Shown in pieces: positions 30,711 through 40,009 of a stretch of DNA of 64,000 nucleotides. Where the stretch lies: NCBI GenBank assembly GCA_036276135.1, contig DATBEL010000066.1, positions 21,364 to 85,363 on the forward strand, written 5' to 3'. Position 1 is the stretch's first letter. Every line of letters begins with the position of its first letter. The stretch is from Candidatus Dormiibacterota bacterium (lineage in GTDB: Bacteria; Chloroflexota; Dormibacteria; Aeolococcales; Aeolococcaceae). The notes beneath the pieces were generated by a model that saw only the letters and a list, made by a program, of their open reading frames with translations, did not search any database and was not told where the DNA came from. Both the position numbers and the translations under genes were made by a program.

Positions 30711-31772
30711 GTGGAGGAGAGCGAGTTGGAGACACCGGTCCCCATCCCCCTCGACCTGCGCAAGCAGCAGATTCTCAAGGCGGTGGTGTCCGACTACACG
30801 CGGACCGGCATACCGGTCGGGTCGCACGCGCTCGCCGTCCACCTGGCGTCGTGGTCGTCCGCGACCATCCGCAACGATCTCGCCAACCTCGTCGACGTCG
30901 GCTATCTCCTCCAGCCACACACGTCCGCGGGCCGGGTCCCCTCCGACCTCGGCTACCGGTACTACGTGGACTTCCTGATGGAGGAGGAGGCGGTGCCCGC
31001 CGCCGTCCGGCGCCAGATGGACCCCTTCTTCGCGCTGCTCCCCGCCGGCCTCGAGGAAACGCTCGAGACGGCCGCGCGGGCCCTGGCGCTGGTGACCGAC
31101 GCCGTCAGCATGGTCACGGCGCCCCGCGCGCTCGGCGCCCGTCTCAAGCACCTCGATCTCATCTCGCTGGAGTCGCAGCACGCCCTGCTGCTGCTGGTGC
31201 TCGACGGCAACCTGATCCGCCAGCACCCCGTCGCGCTGGGGCGGCCCAGCGACCAGGCCGAGCTCAGCGCTCTCGCCGACCGCCTCAACACCACGCTGGA
31301 CGGGTGCGAGGCACGCGACGTCGCCACCATCGGCGTCGGTGCTGACGAGCTGCCCGACTCCCTGTGGGCGGAGGTGGTCAAGGCGATCGCGGAGGTGATG
31401 TTGTCGGTCGACGCCGGCCAGGACACGCTGGTGGTGCACGATGGGGTCCGCAACCTGCTTCATCAGCCCGAATTCGGCGACGTCGATCGCTTCAGCGAGG
31501 TGCTCGACCTGCTCGAGGAGGAACGCGTGCTCGGTGAGATGCTCGCCGCCATCGAGAGTGACCACGGCACCCGCATCATGATCGGCCGCGAGACCGGCCT
31601 CGAGCAGCTGCGCCAGTGCAGCCTGGTGATGACCACGTACCGGGTCGGTTCGCAGCGCTGGGGCACGCTCGGCGTGCTGGGGCCGACGCGCATGCAGTAC
31701 TCGCAGGTGGCGCCGCGGGTGCGCTACGTGGCCACGCGGGTCGGCGACTCGCTGAGCAGGACCCTGGGATGA
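30711..31772 (+). CDS. hrcA: Heat-inducible transcription repressor HrcA
   Basis: A GGGAGG ribosome-binding site precedes the GTG start. The N-terminal winged helix matches HrcA (ILKAVVSDYTRTGIPVGSHALAVHLASWSSATIRNDLANLVDVGYLLQPHTSAGRVPSDLGYRYYVD). Confidence 0.9.
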   Translation: MEESELETPVPIPLDLRKQQILKAVVSDYTRTGIPVGSHALAVHLASWSSATIRNDLANLVDVGYLLQPHTSAGRVPSDLGYRYYVDFLMEEEAVPAAVRRQMDPFFALLPAGLEETLETAARALALVTDAVSMVTAPRALGARLKHLDLISLESQHALLLLVLDGNLIRQHPVALGRPSDQAELSALADRLNTTLDGCEARDVATIGVGADELPDSLWAEVVKAIAEVMLSVDAGQDTLVVHDGVRNLLHQPEFGDVDRFSEVLDLLEEERVLGEMLAAIESDHGTRIMIGRETGLEQLRQCSLVMTTYRVGSQRWGTLGVLGPTRMQYSQVAPRVRYVATRVGDSLSRTLG

Positions 31773-32362
31773 CGGACGCGGACGACAAGCGACGGCGCAG
31801 CCCGCGCGCGCGCGCCAACCCCGCTCGACCCTCGCCGCAACCGCCCGCGGACGCTCCCGCACGCGCCGACGAGGTGCCCGCAGACGATGTGGCCGCCGAC
31901 GGGGCGCCCGCCGAGCAGACCCCCGCCGCTCCCGACGAGCGCTACCTCCGGCTCGCCGCCGACTTCGAGAACTTCAAGCGGCGCAAGAACCAGGAGCTGG
32001 CGGACCGCTCGCGCTTCGCCAGCGAGGAGGCGGCTCGCGCACTGCTGCCCGTCCTCGACAACCTGCAGCGCGCCGTCGGCCACGCGGGCGAATCGAGCGC
32101 CGCCGACCTCGTCAACGGGCTTGGCCTGGTGGTGCGCGAGTTCGAGACCGCGCTCGCCAATCTCGGGGTCACCCCGATCGACGCGCTGGGGCAGCCGTTC
32201 GACCCGGCCGTGCACGAAGCGCTCGGCGGCGAGGAGAGCGACACCGTCGACGTCGACACCGTCGACGCCGAGCTGCAGCGCGGTTATCGCCTCCACGACC
32301 GCGTGCTCCGCCCCGCCCTGGTGCGTGTCGCCCACCCGAGAGCCGGCGCGAGGCAGTCCTGA
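31769..32362 (+). CDS. grpE: Nucleotide exchange factor GrpE
   Basis: The RLAADFENFKRR motif is present. The start overlaps the hrcA stop (ATGA) and the stop overlaps the dnaJ start (TGATG). Confidence 0.9.
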   Translation: MTDADDKRRRSPRARANPARPSPQPPADAPARADEVPADDVAADGAPAEQTPAAPDERYLRLAADFENFKRRKNQELADRSRFASEEAARALLPVLDNLQRAVGHAGESSAADLVNGLGLVVREFETALANLGVTPIDALGQPFDPAVHEALGGEESDTVDVDTVDAELQRGYRLHDRVLRPALVRVAHPRAGARQS

Positions 32363-33480
32363 TGGCCACCGTCAAGCGCGACTACTACGAGGTTCTCGGT
32401 GTCGAGCGTACCTGCACCGGCGAGGAGCTGAAGAAGGCGTACCGCAGGCTGGCCATGGAGTTCCACCCGGATCGCAACCAGGGCGACAAGGGCGCCGAGG
32501 AGCGGTTCAAGGAGGTCGGTGAGGCGTACTCGGTGCTCAGCGACCCGCAGAAGCGGCAGCGCTACGACTCATTCGGTCACGCCGGCGACAGCATGCCCGA
32601 CTTCGGCGGATTCTCCTTCGACTCCGCATTCGACCTGTTCGACATGTTCTTCGGCGGTGGGGCCGGCGCCGGGCGGCGCCGGCGCAGCGGCCCGCAACCC
32701 GGGGCCGACCTGCGCCTCAACGTCGACATCACGTTCGAGGAGTCGGTGTTCGGAGCGACGCGAACCGTCGAGGTGCCGCGCCGGGGCACCTGCTCGGACT
32801 GTGCGGGCAGCGGCGCCGCGCCGGGCACCCAACCGGTGACGTGCACCGAGTGCGGCGGCAGCGGCCAGGTGCGCCGCGCCGTGCAGAGCATCTTCGGCCA
32901 GATGGTCAACGTCACCGCGTGTCCGCGCTGCCATGGCGAGGGACGCATCGTCGAGCAGCCGTGCCCGACGTGCCGCGGTCAGGGCCGGGTCGAGGAGCGG
33001 CAGACCCTCGACATCACCATCCCACCCGGCGTCGACGATGACGTGACGCTGCGGTACGCGGGGCAGGGTGAGGCGGGCCCGCGTGGCGGCAACCGCGGTG
33101 ACCTGTACGTGGGCTTCCGCATCGCGCCCCACCCACACCTGGTGCGGCGCGGCCAGGACCTGCTCTACGAGCTCGCGATCAGCGTCCCCCAGGCCGTGCT
33201 CGGGGATCGCATCACGGTGCCGACGGCGAACGGCGAGCACCAGGTCGATGTGCCGGCCGGCACCCAGCACGGCCGCGTCCTGAAGATCGCCGGGATGGGC
33301 GTTCCGCACGTCCGCAGCGGCCGTCGGGGTGACCAGCTCTGCATCGTCCATGTCGCCGTCCCGACGCATCTCAGCAGCGCCCAGCGCGACGTGTACCTGC
33401 AGCTCGGTGAGCGCAACGGCAAGCCGGCCGAGGTGCGCAAGGGATTCTTCGACACCATCAAGGACGCGCTCAGGGGCTGA
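32362..33480 (+). CDS. dnaJ: Chaperone DnaJ
   Basis: The J domain carries HPDRN. Four CxxCxGxG zinc-finger repeats are present (CSDCAGSG, CTECGGSG, CPRCHGEG, CPTCRGQG), followed by a C-terminal substrate-binding domain. Confidence 0.9.
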   Translation: MATVKRDYYEVLGVERTCTGEELKKAYRRLAMEFHPDRNQGDKGAEERFKEVGEAYSVLSDPQKRQRYDSFGHAGDSMPDFGGFSFDSAFDLFDMFFGGGAGAGRRRRSGPQPGADLRLNVDITFEESVFGATRTVEVPRRGTCSDCAGSGAAPGTQPVTCTECGGSGQVRRAVQSIFGQMVNVTACPRCHGEGRIVEQPCPTCRGQGRVEERQTLDITIPPGVDDDVTLRYAGQGEAGPRGGNRGDLYVGFRIAPHPHLVRRGQDLLYELAISVPQAVLGDRITVPTANGEHQVDVPAGTQHGRVLKIAGMGVPHVRSGRRGDQLCIVHVAVPTHLSSAQRDVYLQLGERNGKPAEVRKGFFDTIKDALRG

Positions 33481-33489
33481 TCGCGCCGC

Positions 33490-33834
33490 CTACCCCGGTG
33501 GCCACCCCATCGGCCGTCCGCCGAGCAGGTGAAGGTGGAGGTGGTTCACGGTCTGTCCGCCATTGCGACCGACGTTGGTCACGAGGCGGAACCCGCTCTC
33601 GTCGATGTCCTCGGTGACGGCGATCTGCTGCGCGACGTGCAACAGGTGGGCCCACAGGGGATCCTGCGCCGGGGTCAGCTCGGCAGCCGACCCGATGTGC
33701 TCGCGCGGGATGACCAGGATGTGCGTCGGCGCCTGCGGGTTGGTGTCGCGGAAGGCGACGACCTCGTCGTCCTCGTAGACGCGGTCGGAGGCGACGTTCC
33801 CGGCGGCGATGGCACAGAAGATGCAGTCACTCAC
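33490..33834 (-). CDS. HIT (histidine triad) family protein
   Basis: The HIT motif NHLHLHLLGG and the N-terminal CIFC region are present. Confidence 0.8.
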   Translation of the reverse strand: MSDCIFCAIAAGNVASDRVYEDDEVVAFRDTNPQAPTHILVIPREHIGSAAELTPAQDPLWAHLLHVAQQIAVTEDIDESGFRLVTNVGRNGGQTVNHLHLHLLGGRPMGWPPG

Positions 33835-35132
33835 GGGGCGAGCAGCCTAGCGTGCAGGGCTTCCCCCTCGACGGCGACCAACTCGACCGCCGACTCGCGG
33901 CCCGGCCGCGTCGCCGCACCTGCCTCGCTCAGCACCCTCAGGTAGGTGGCGGTGAGGCCGTGGGCGGTGTCGCCATCGAGCCGGTCCCAGACGACCGCGT
34001 CCCGGCGGCCCACGGCGCGCAGCCGGCGCGCGTGGCCGCTGGCCGCGGCCGCGCGTCGAACCTCGGCACTGCGCTTGCGCGCGACGCCGTCCGCGACGGC
34101 GCCGGCGATCGCGGCGGCGGGCGTCCCGGGGCGCGGCGAGTACCGAAAGGCGTGCACCGCGAGCATCTGGGTGTGCTCGAGGACCTCGACCGTGGCCGCG
34201 TGATCGGCATCCGTCTCGCCGGGAAAGCCGACCATGACGTCGCTGGTGAACTCGGTGTCGGGGTCGAGCTCGCGGAGCTGACTGCACACGCGCAGGTACT
34301 GTGCTCGCCGGTAGCCGCGGTGCATGGCCCGCAGAACCGTGTCGCTGCCGCTCTGCAAGGGCATGTGCCAGTGCGAGCACAGCCGCGGATGGCCGTTCAG
34401 CGCGATCAGCTCGTCGGTGACGTCGTTGGCGTTGACGCTGCTGAGCCGGACCCTGACGCGGTCCCCCGCGTCGGCGAGGACACCGCCGACCAGCTGCGCC
34501 AGGCTGGTGCCGAGGTCGCGCCCGTACGACCCGAGGTCGACGCCACAGAGCACCACCTCGCCGTGGCCGTCGTCGGCCGCCGCATGGACGGTATCGAGAA
34601 CGTCCCCGAGCGGCCGCGACCGCGACGCGCCGCGCGCCGACCACACCGCGCAGTACGTGCAGCGGTGGTTGCAGCCGTCCTGCACCTTGACGAACGCGCG
34701 GCTGCGCAGCGACACCGCCGTGGCCCCATCCGTGCCGCCACGCGCTGCGGCGATGCGCAGGACGTGCTCCGCGATGCCGTCCTTCTCGGCGTTGCTGAAC
34801 ACCGAGTCCACGCCGTCGGGGAGCCGTCGTTGGCCATCGACCCCGCAGCCGAGGTACGTGGCCGGGTTGCCGTCGACGCTGCACCCGGTGAGGACGAGGT
34901 GGGCGTGCGGGTCGTCCCGGCGCAGCCGGCGCAGGCGCTGTCGCGTGGTCGCGTCCGCCTGCATGGTCACCGTGCACGAGTTGAGCACGCGGACGTCGGC
35001 GTGCTGGTCCTCGGGGACGACCTCACACCCGGCGGCCGCGAGCCTGCCCGCCAGCTCAGCCATCTCCGCGTAGTTGACCTTGCAGCCGAGCGTGGTCAGG
35101 GCCACGCGCAGCGGGCCCGTGCTGGTGCTCAC
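33831..35132 (-). CDS. mtaB: MiaB-like radical SAM methylthiotransferase (MtaB/RimO family)
   Basis: The N-terminal MTTase domain Cys triad is present (LGCKVNYAEM ... NSCTV ... TGC), with the radical SAM CNHRCTYC motif and a TRAM-like C-terminus. It lies downstream of rsmE, as in the conserved prmA-rsmE-mtaB neighbourhood. Confidence 0.75.
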   Translation of the reverse strand: MSTSTGPLRVALTTLGCKVNYAEMAELAGRLAAAGCEVVPEDQHADVRVLNSCTVTMQADATTRQRLRRLRRDDPHAHLVLTGCSVDGNPATYLGCGVDGQRRLPDGVDSVFSNAEKDGIAEHVLRIAAARGGTDGATAVSLRSRAFVKVQDGCNHRCTYCAVWSARGASRSRPLGDVLDTVHAAADDGHGEVVLCGVDLGSYGRDLGTSLAQLVGGVLADAGDRVRVRLSSVNANDVTDELIALNGHPRLCSHWHMPLQSGSDTVLRAMHRGYRRAQYLRVCSQLRELDPDTEFTSDVMVGFPGETDADHAATVEVLEHTQMLAVHAFRYSPRPGTPAAAIAGAVADGVARKRSAEVRRAAAASGHARRLRAVGRRDAVVWDRLDGDTAHGLTATYLRVLSEAGAATRPGRESAVELVAVEGEALHARLLAP

Positions 35133-35887
35133 GCCCTCGGCTCAGCCGCGACAGGCGCGTCGAGGTCACCCGCTCGGCCCAGCAGCAGGGCCGTGGCGAC
35201 CGCCCCGGCGTAGCGGGTGCGCAGCACGCGCGGGCCGAGGTGAACGAGCTCCGCGCCGGCGCTGTGCAGCGCCTCGAGGTCGCCGTCGCCGAAGCCGCCC
35301 TCGGGGCCGATGCAGAGCGCCAGCGGTCGCGAGCTGTCGACGTCGAGGGTCGCCAGCGACGTGGCGCCGTCGAAGGTGCCGGCGATCACCCGCGACCCCG
35401 CGGTGAGCGCGGCGAGGCCATCGGCGAGGGAGGTGGGCGCATGCACCACCGGAATGATGCCGCGCCCGGACAGCTGCGCAGACTCGGTGGCAACGATCTG
35501 CCAGCGGCGCACACGCTGCGCCACGCGATCGTCCGGCGGCCGGCTGACGGCCCGCTCGGTCCGCACCGGACGGATCCCGGCCGCACCGGCCTCCACCAGC
35601 ACGTCGATGCAGTCCTCCATGCGCTCGCGCGGCAGCGCCTGGACGACGGTGACCCGCAGCCGAGGCTCGCCGGTGGCCGCCCGGCTCCAGGTCACCTCCC
35701 CCTCGACGAGCACTGCGGTGACGGTGCGCAGACGCACACCGTGCTCGCGACCGCTGCCGTCGACGGCGACGATGGTTTCACCGGGACGCATGCGCAGCGA
35801 CCGTGCGATGTGGTGCGCGAGCGTCCCGGCGACGGCCATGCCTGAGCCGGCGTCAAGGACATCGTCGATGAAGAAGCGCTCCGGCAC
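35129..35887 (-). CDS. rsmE: 16S rRNA (uracil1498-N3)-methyltransferase RsmE
   Basis: The N-terminus starts with RFF, and the SPOUT-domain GPEGGF motif is present. A 4-nt overlap with mtaB supports operon organisation. Confidence 0.8.
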   Translation of the reverse strand: MPERFFIDDVLDAGSGMAVAGTLAHHIARSLRMRPGETIVAVDGSGREHGVRLRTVTAVLVEGEVTWSRAATGEPRLRVTVVQALPRERMEDCIDVLVEAGAAGIRPVRTERAVSRPPDDRVAQRVRRWQIVATESAQLSGRGIIPVVHAPTSLADGLAALTAGSRVIAGTFDGATSLATLDVDSSRPLALCIGPEGGFGDGDLEALHSAGAELVHLGPRVLRTRYAGAVATALLLGRAGDLDAPVAAEPRA

Positions 35888-35954
35888 GGCGCTAGCCTAG
35901 CCGCGCGGACCGGGTCAAGAACCCAGGCGGTGAGGGGGTAGCATCACCGCCCGC

Positions 35955-36779
35955 ATGACCGAGAGCCTCGTGGACGCGCCCGACGGGGCTCGTTTGGCAG
36001 TCACCGTCGACGGCGACGGTCCGCCGCTGCTGCTCATCCCCGGGCTTGGCGCCACGCGCGTCGTCTTCGCGCCGCTGATGCCGCTGCTGACCGCACACTT
36101 CTCAGTCGCCGTCTACGACCAGCGCGGCATCGGCGCCTCGCAGGTCACCACCGGCCCGTACACCACCGCCCAGCTCGCCGGAGATGGCGCCGCGGTGCTC
36201 GGCGCCGTGCTCGTCGATCGGGCGACCGTGTTCGGGGCGTCGTTCGGCGGCCTGGTCGCCCAGGCGGTTGCCGTCGAGTATCCGGACCGCACGGCGGCAC
36301 TGGTGCTCGCCGCCACCGGGCCGGGGGCCGCCCACCTCGCGGAGGAGCCCGACCCGGCCGCGGTCCAAGCCCTGCTCGGCAAGGGCGCGCGCAGCCCCGA
36401 GGAGGCGTATCGCATCGCCTGCACCGTCCTCTACTCGCGAAGCTTCCAGGAGGCGCACCCGGAGTTCATCGAGCAGCAGGTCCGCGACCGTGCCACCCGG
36501 CCGATCGATGGCCGCGCATTCAGGGCGCAGCTCGACGCCTCGAAGGCCCACGACGTGTGGGACCGGCTGCCGTCGATCACGGTGCCGACCCTGGTGATGC
36601 ACGGCAGCGACGACGCGGTGATGCCGCTGGCGAACGCGCGACTGCTGGCCGAGCGAATCCCCGGCGCGACCATGGTGGTGTTCGACGGCGCCGGTCACCT
36701 CTTCTTCCACGAGGAGCCTGAGCGGACCGCAGCGGTCCTCGAGGAATTCGTGCGCGGGATCAGCTCTCCGCCGGGCTGA
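35955..36779 (+). CDS. Alpha/beta hydrolase fold protein
   Basis: An HG-like N-terminus (LLLIPGLGAT), the nucleophile elbow GASFGG, and C-terminal His/Asp regions are present. Confidence 0.7.
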   Translation: MTESLVDAPDGARLAVTVDGDGPPLLLIPGLGATRVVFAPLMPLLTAHFSVAVYDQRGIGASQVTTGPYTTAQLAGDGAAVLGAVLVDRATVFGASFGGLVAQAVAVEYPDRTAALVLAATGPGAAHLAEEPDPAAVQALLGKGARSPEEAYRIACTVLYSRSFQEAHPEFIEQQVRDRATRPIDGRAFRAQLDASKAHDVWDRLPSITVPTLVMHGSDDAVMPLANARLLAERIPGATMVVFDGAGHLFFHEEPERTAAVLEEFVRGISSPPG

Positions 36780-38484
36780 CCTCCTCGATCCCGGCGGAGT
36801 CCATCGGCGCGTCGTCGTCCCCGCCGGACGCCTCCGCGCCTGCCGGCTCAGCAGTGGCGTGCTCGTCCGCGTCGCTGGTGACGTCGCCGTCGGTGCCGTC
36901 GCCGTTGCCATTGCCGTTGCCTTTGCCGGCCCGTCGCCGGTTGGCCTCGAGCACCGCCGCGATCTGCGCCGGCGCGGTCGCTGTCGCCGTCGTCTCGCGG
37001 ATGACGGTCACCTTGATCATCCCCGGGTACTGCATCTCGTTCTCGATCTCGTGCGCGATCTGCGCGCTCAGCTCGGGAACCTGCGCGTCCCTGACCTGCT
37101 TGGCGCGCACGAAGATGCGCACCTCACGGCCCGCCTGCAGCGGGAACGCGCGCTCGACACCCGAATGGCGGGTGGCGATCGTCTGCAGCTGCTCGAGGCG
37201 GGCGAGGTACGTCGCCAGGGTGTCGCGCCGTGCGCCGGGACGGGATGCGCTGATCGCGTCGGCACAGATGGTGAGCATCGCCAGGTCGGTGGTGGGCTCC
37301 TCATCGAAGTGGTGCGCCTTGACCGCGTGGATGATCCCGGCGTCGGCGCCGAGGACGCGCAACAGCTCGCCACCGATGATGGCGTGCGAACCCTCGACGT
37401 CGTGGTCGACGGCCTTGCCGACGTCGTGCAGCATCCCCGCCTCGCGCGCGATCGTCTGCGACATACCGAGCTCGGCTGCGAGGACGCCGCAGATGTGGCC
37501 GGTCTCCTCGCAGTGGAGGAGGGCGTTCTGGCCGTACGAGAAGCGGTAGTGCAGGGTGCCGATGAGCTCGGCCAGCTCGGGCCGGCCCTCCATCTGCATC
37601 TCCCACAGGGCCTGCTCGCCGAGCTGGCGCACCCGGGCGGTCAGCGACCCGCGGGTGCGGAGCAGCAGCGGAGGCACGTCGGCGGCCTGGAGCTTGCGGT
37701 CGATCACCTCGAGCGCGGCCTGCCGGGCCACCTCGCGGCCGATCGGGTCCATGCCGCGCAGCGTCGCCTGGGCTCGATCCTCGTCGACGCCGAGGTCCAT
37801 ACCGGTGTCGTCGGCGATCACCGAGAGAGCGCTCAGCAGCCGCTCGCGGCCGTGCTCGTCGAGCTCCTCCAGGGAGAGCGGCGCGGCTCGCGGAGCGCCG
37901 TCGGCGTGGCCGCTCAGCTGCCGCTCCATGGCCTCGACGATCAACGTCCGTGCCGCCGGGGCGGCGTCGCCGACGCGCTCGGCGACCGCTGCCTCGACGC
38001 GAGGCTGGTGCTCGGCGGCCAGCTCGTTGTCGATGCGCTCGAGCACGGTCCGCGCCGCGGTCTCGCGGTCGATGGCGGCAGCCCGTTCGACGGCGGCCGC
38101 CGCCTCTGACCGCATCGCGTCGACCGTCGCGATCCGCTCGTCGATCTCCTCGCGCCGCTTCTTGTGGAGGTGCCGCCGATCGTCGAAGATGGCGCGGCGG
38201 TCGCGATGGGTGCGTTCACGTTCCTCGAGGAGCGCGTCGCTGGCCTCCACGGCCTGGTCGCGTGCCAGCACCTCCTCACGCACAGCCTCGCGCGCCGCGA
38301 GAGCCTCGTGGCGCGCCTGCGCCACCAGCCGGTCGGCGTCCCTCCGTGCCTGGGCAGCGGTGGCGCCCGCGTCGCGCGGAGGCGACGTCCCGGCCCCCGG
38401 AGCGGCGCTGCGGCGCGCGTGTTCGATCACCGCGGCGCCGGCGGCGAGGACGAGGACGGCGACGACGATCACGACGGCGGCCAC
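36760..38484 (-). CDS. rny: Ribonuclease Y with a C-terminal acidic Gly/Asn-repeat extension
   Basis: The protein has an N-terminal TM helix, a coiled coil, and a KH plus HD domain that closely matches B. subtilis RNase Y (LHYRFSYGQNALLH ... MLHDVGKAVDHDVEGSHAIIG ... QAGREVRIFV ... YPGMIKVTVIRET). An extra tail reads GKGNGNGNGDGTDGD... Confidence 0.85.
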   Translation of the reverse strand: MAAVVIVVAVLVLAAGAAVIEHARRSAAPGAGTSPPRDAGATAAQARRDADRLVAQARHEALAAREAVREEVLARDQAVEASDALLEERERTHRDRRAIFDDRRHLHKKRREEIDERIATVDAMRSEAAAAVERAAAIDRETAARTVLERIDNELAAEHQPRVEAAVAERVGDAAPAARTLIVEAMERQLSGHADGAPRAAPLSLEELDEHGRERLLSALSVIADDTGMDLGVDEDRAQATLRGMDPIGREVARQAALEVIDRKLQAADVPPLLLRTRGSLTARVRQLGEQALWEMQMEGRPELAELIGTLHYRFSYGQNALLHCEETGHICGVLAAELGMSQTIAREAGMLHDVGKAVDHDVEGSHAIIGGELLRVLGADAGIIHAVKAHHFDEEPTTDLAMLTICADAISASRPGARRDTLATYLARLEQLQTIATRHSGVERAFPLQAGREVRIFVRAKQVRDAQVPELSAQIAHEIENEMQYPGMIKVTVIRETTATATAPAQIAAVLEANRRRAGKGNGNGNGDGTDGDVTSDADEHATAEPAGAEASGGDDDAPMDSAGIEEVSPAES

Positions 38485-38520
38485 GGGGCGAGTGTACGGT
38501 CCGGGTGCCCCGGCGGCCGC

Positions 38521-39435
38521 TCAGCCGCCGGGCGGCGGGTCGAACGGGTCACCCACCTCGGTCACCAGGCCGCGGGAGAAGAGGAGCGCCGCCGGCGGCA
38601 GGGTGCGCCGGCGATCCCACACCAGCGCCATGGTGCGGGCGATCGGTGGGTCCCGAAGTGGGATGACGACGACCTGGGCCGAGGGGGCCGGCAGCGGCAT
38701 GGGCATCAGGGTGATGCCCAGGCCGGCTTCCACGAGCCCCTGGACGATGCTGAAGTCGTCCCCCTCGTAGGCGACCTTGGTGGTCAGGCCCTGGGCCGCG
38801 AAGGCGTCGTCGATGACCTTGCGCAGCCCGCTGCGTGACCGGGGCAGGATCAGCGGTTCGTCGGCAAGGTCGGTGAGCGCGCACGAGGTGCGCCCGGTGA
38901 GCCGGTGGCCGATCGGCACCACCACGGCAACCCGCTCGCGGAAGAGCGGCACCATCTCCAGGTCCGGGGTGTTGACCGGTGGCGGACCGAGGATGCCCAG
39001 GTCGAAGTCGCCGGCGAGGACGCCGCTGGCCACCTCCGCCGTGGTTCCCTCCTCGAGGATGAACCGCACCCCCGGGTGGGCGCGCAGGAAGCGGGCCAGC
39101 CTCTCAGGCAGCCAGCGCGCTCCGACGGTATGGAGGAATCCGACGCGCACCTCGCCCGACTCGGCCGACACGGCGCCCTCGGCGTCGGCCACGGCGTCGC
39201 GCAGGTCGGCGAGCAGACGTTCGGCCCGGCCGACGAACCGTTTCCCTGCCTGCGTGAGACGTATGGAGCGTCCAATGCGTTCAAAAAGGGGGACACCGAT
39301 ATCCTGCTCGAGCCGGGCGATCTTGCGGCTGACCGTTGACGGATCTGCCTGAAGTGCGTCGGACGCCCGGCCGAGGTGCTCCACTCGCGCCACCTCGATG
39401 AAGGTCCTGAGCGCGTCGGCATTGATGCGATCCAT
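38521..39435 (-). CDS. LysR family transcriptional regulator
   Basis: The N-terminal HTH matches LysR (ALRTFIEVARVEHLGRASDALQADPSTVSRKIARLEQDIGVPLFER), with a LysR substrate-binding domain. The start was chosen at the internal ATG at 39435. Confidence 0.8.
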   Translation of the reverse strand: MDRINADALRTFIEVARVEHLGRASDALQADPSTVSRKIARLEQDIGVPLFERIGRSIRLTQAGKRFVGRAERLLADLRDAVADAEGAVSAESGEVRVGFLHTVGARWLPERLARFLRAHPGVRFILEEGTTAEVASGVLAGDFDLGILGPPPVNTPDLEMVPLFRERVAVVVPIGHRLTGRTSCALTDLADEPLILPRSRSGLRKVIDDAFAAQGLTTKVAYEGDDFSIVQGLVEAGLGITLMPMPLPAPSAQVVVIPLRDPPIARTMALVWDRRRTLPPAALLFSRGLVTEVGDPFDPPPGG

Positions 39436-39565
39436 GCAACAATCTGACCCGAAATGTGCTCTTGATGTCAATGGGCCGCCGGGGTAATCTCGAGCAGTGT
39501 GGTGACCCGAATGTCGACAATTCCACTGTCAGCAATCGCGGCATCAACCCAAGGAGATTTTTGAG

Positions 39566-39994
39566 TTGTTGATCGAGGATGCGACCCAAGAGGTGCATGA
39601 CGCGCGCAAGCGCCATCACCGGGAGATGGTCGAGCGTACCCGGCTGCGCAGGCTGGTCGAACGCGTCGACGAGGTGATCAGTGCCTGCGAGGAGATTCAC
39701 CTCCAGAGCATCAAGGAGACCCCCGCCGACCTCAAGTCGCGCGCCGAGGACGTGTTCGCGTTTGCGCGCAGCGCGGTGTCGAAGACCGGCGACCGCGAGG
39801 CGCTGGCGATCGTCGAGGAGGCGATCGGGCGGCGCCAGGTCAAGATCACCGAGATCATGGACATCCTCTGGACCATCCAGGAGATCGTCTTCGACCTCAT
39901 GCTGCCGTGGCGCACCGAGCTGCCCGAGGACGTCGAGCCCGAGGGGCCGATCACGGGCGCTCCCGACTGGAGGCGCTGGACGGCCGTCGCCTGA
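39566..39994 (+). CDS. Hypothetical protein (142 aa)
   Basis: An AAGGAG ribosome-binding site lies 9 nt before the TTG start. Third codon positions are G/C-rich. I could not recognise the family. Confidence 0.5.
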   Translation: MLIEDATQEVHDARKRHHREMVERTRLRRLVERVDEVISACEEIHLQSIKETPADLKSRAEDVFAFARSAVSKTGDREALAIVEEAIGRRQVKITEIMDILWTIQEIVFDLMLPWRTELPEDVEPEGPITGAPDWRRWTAVA

Positions 39995-40009
39995 CCTCGG
40001 CGCGGTCAG

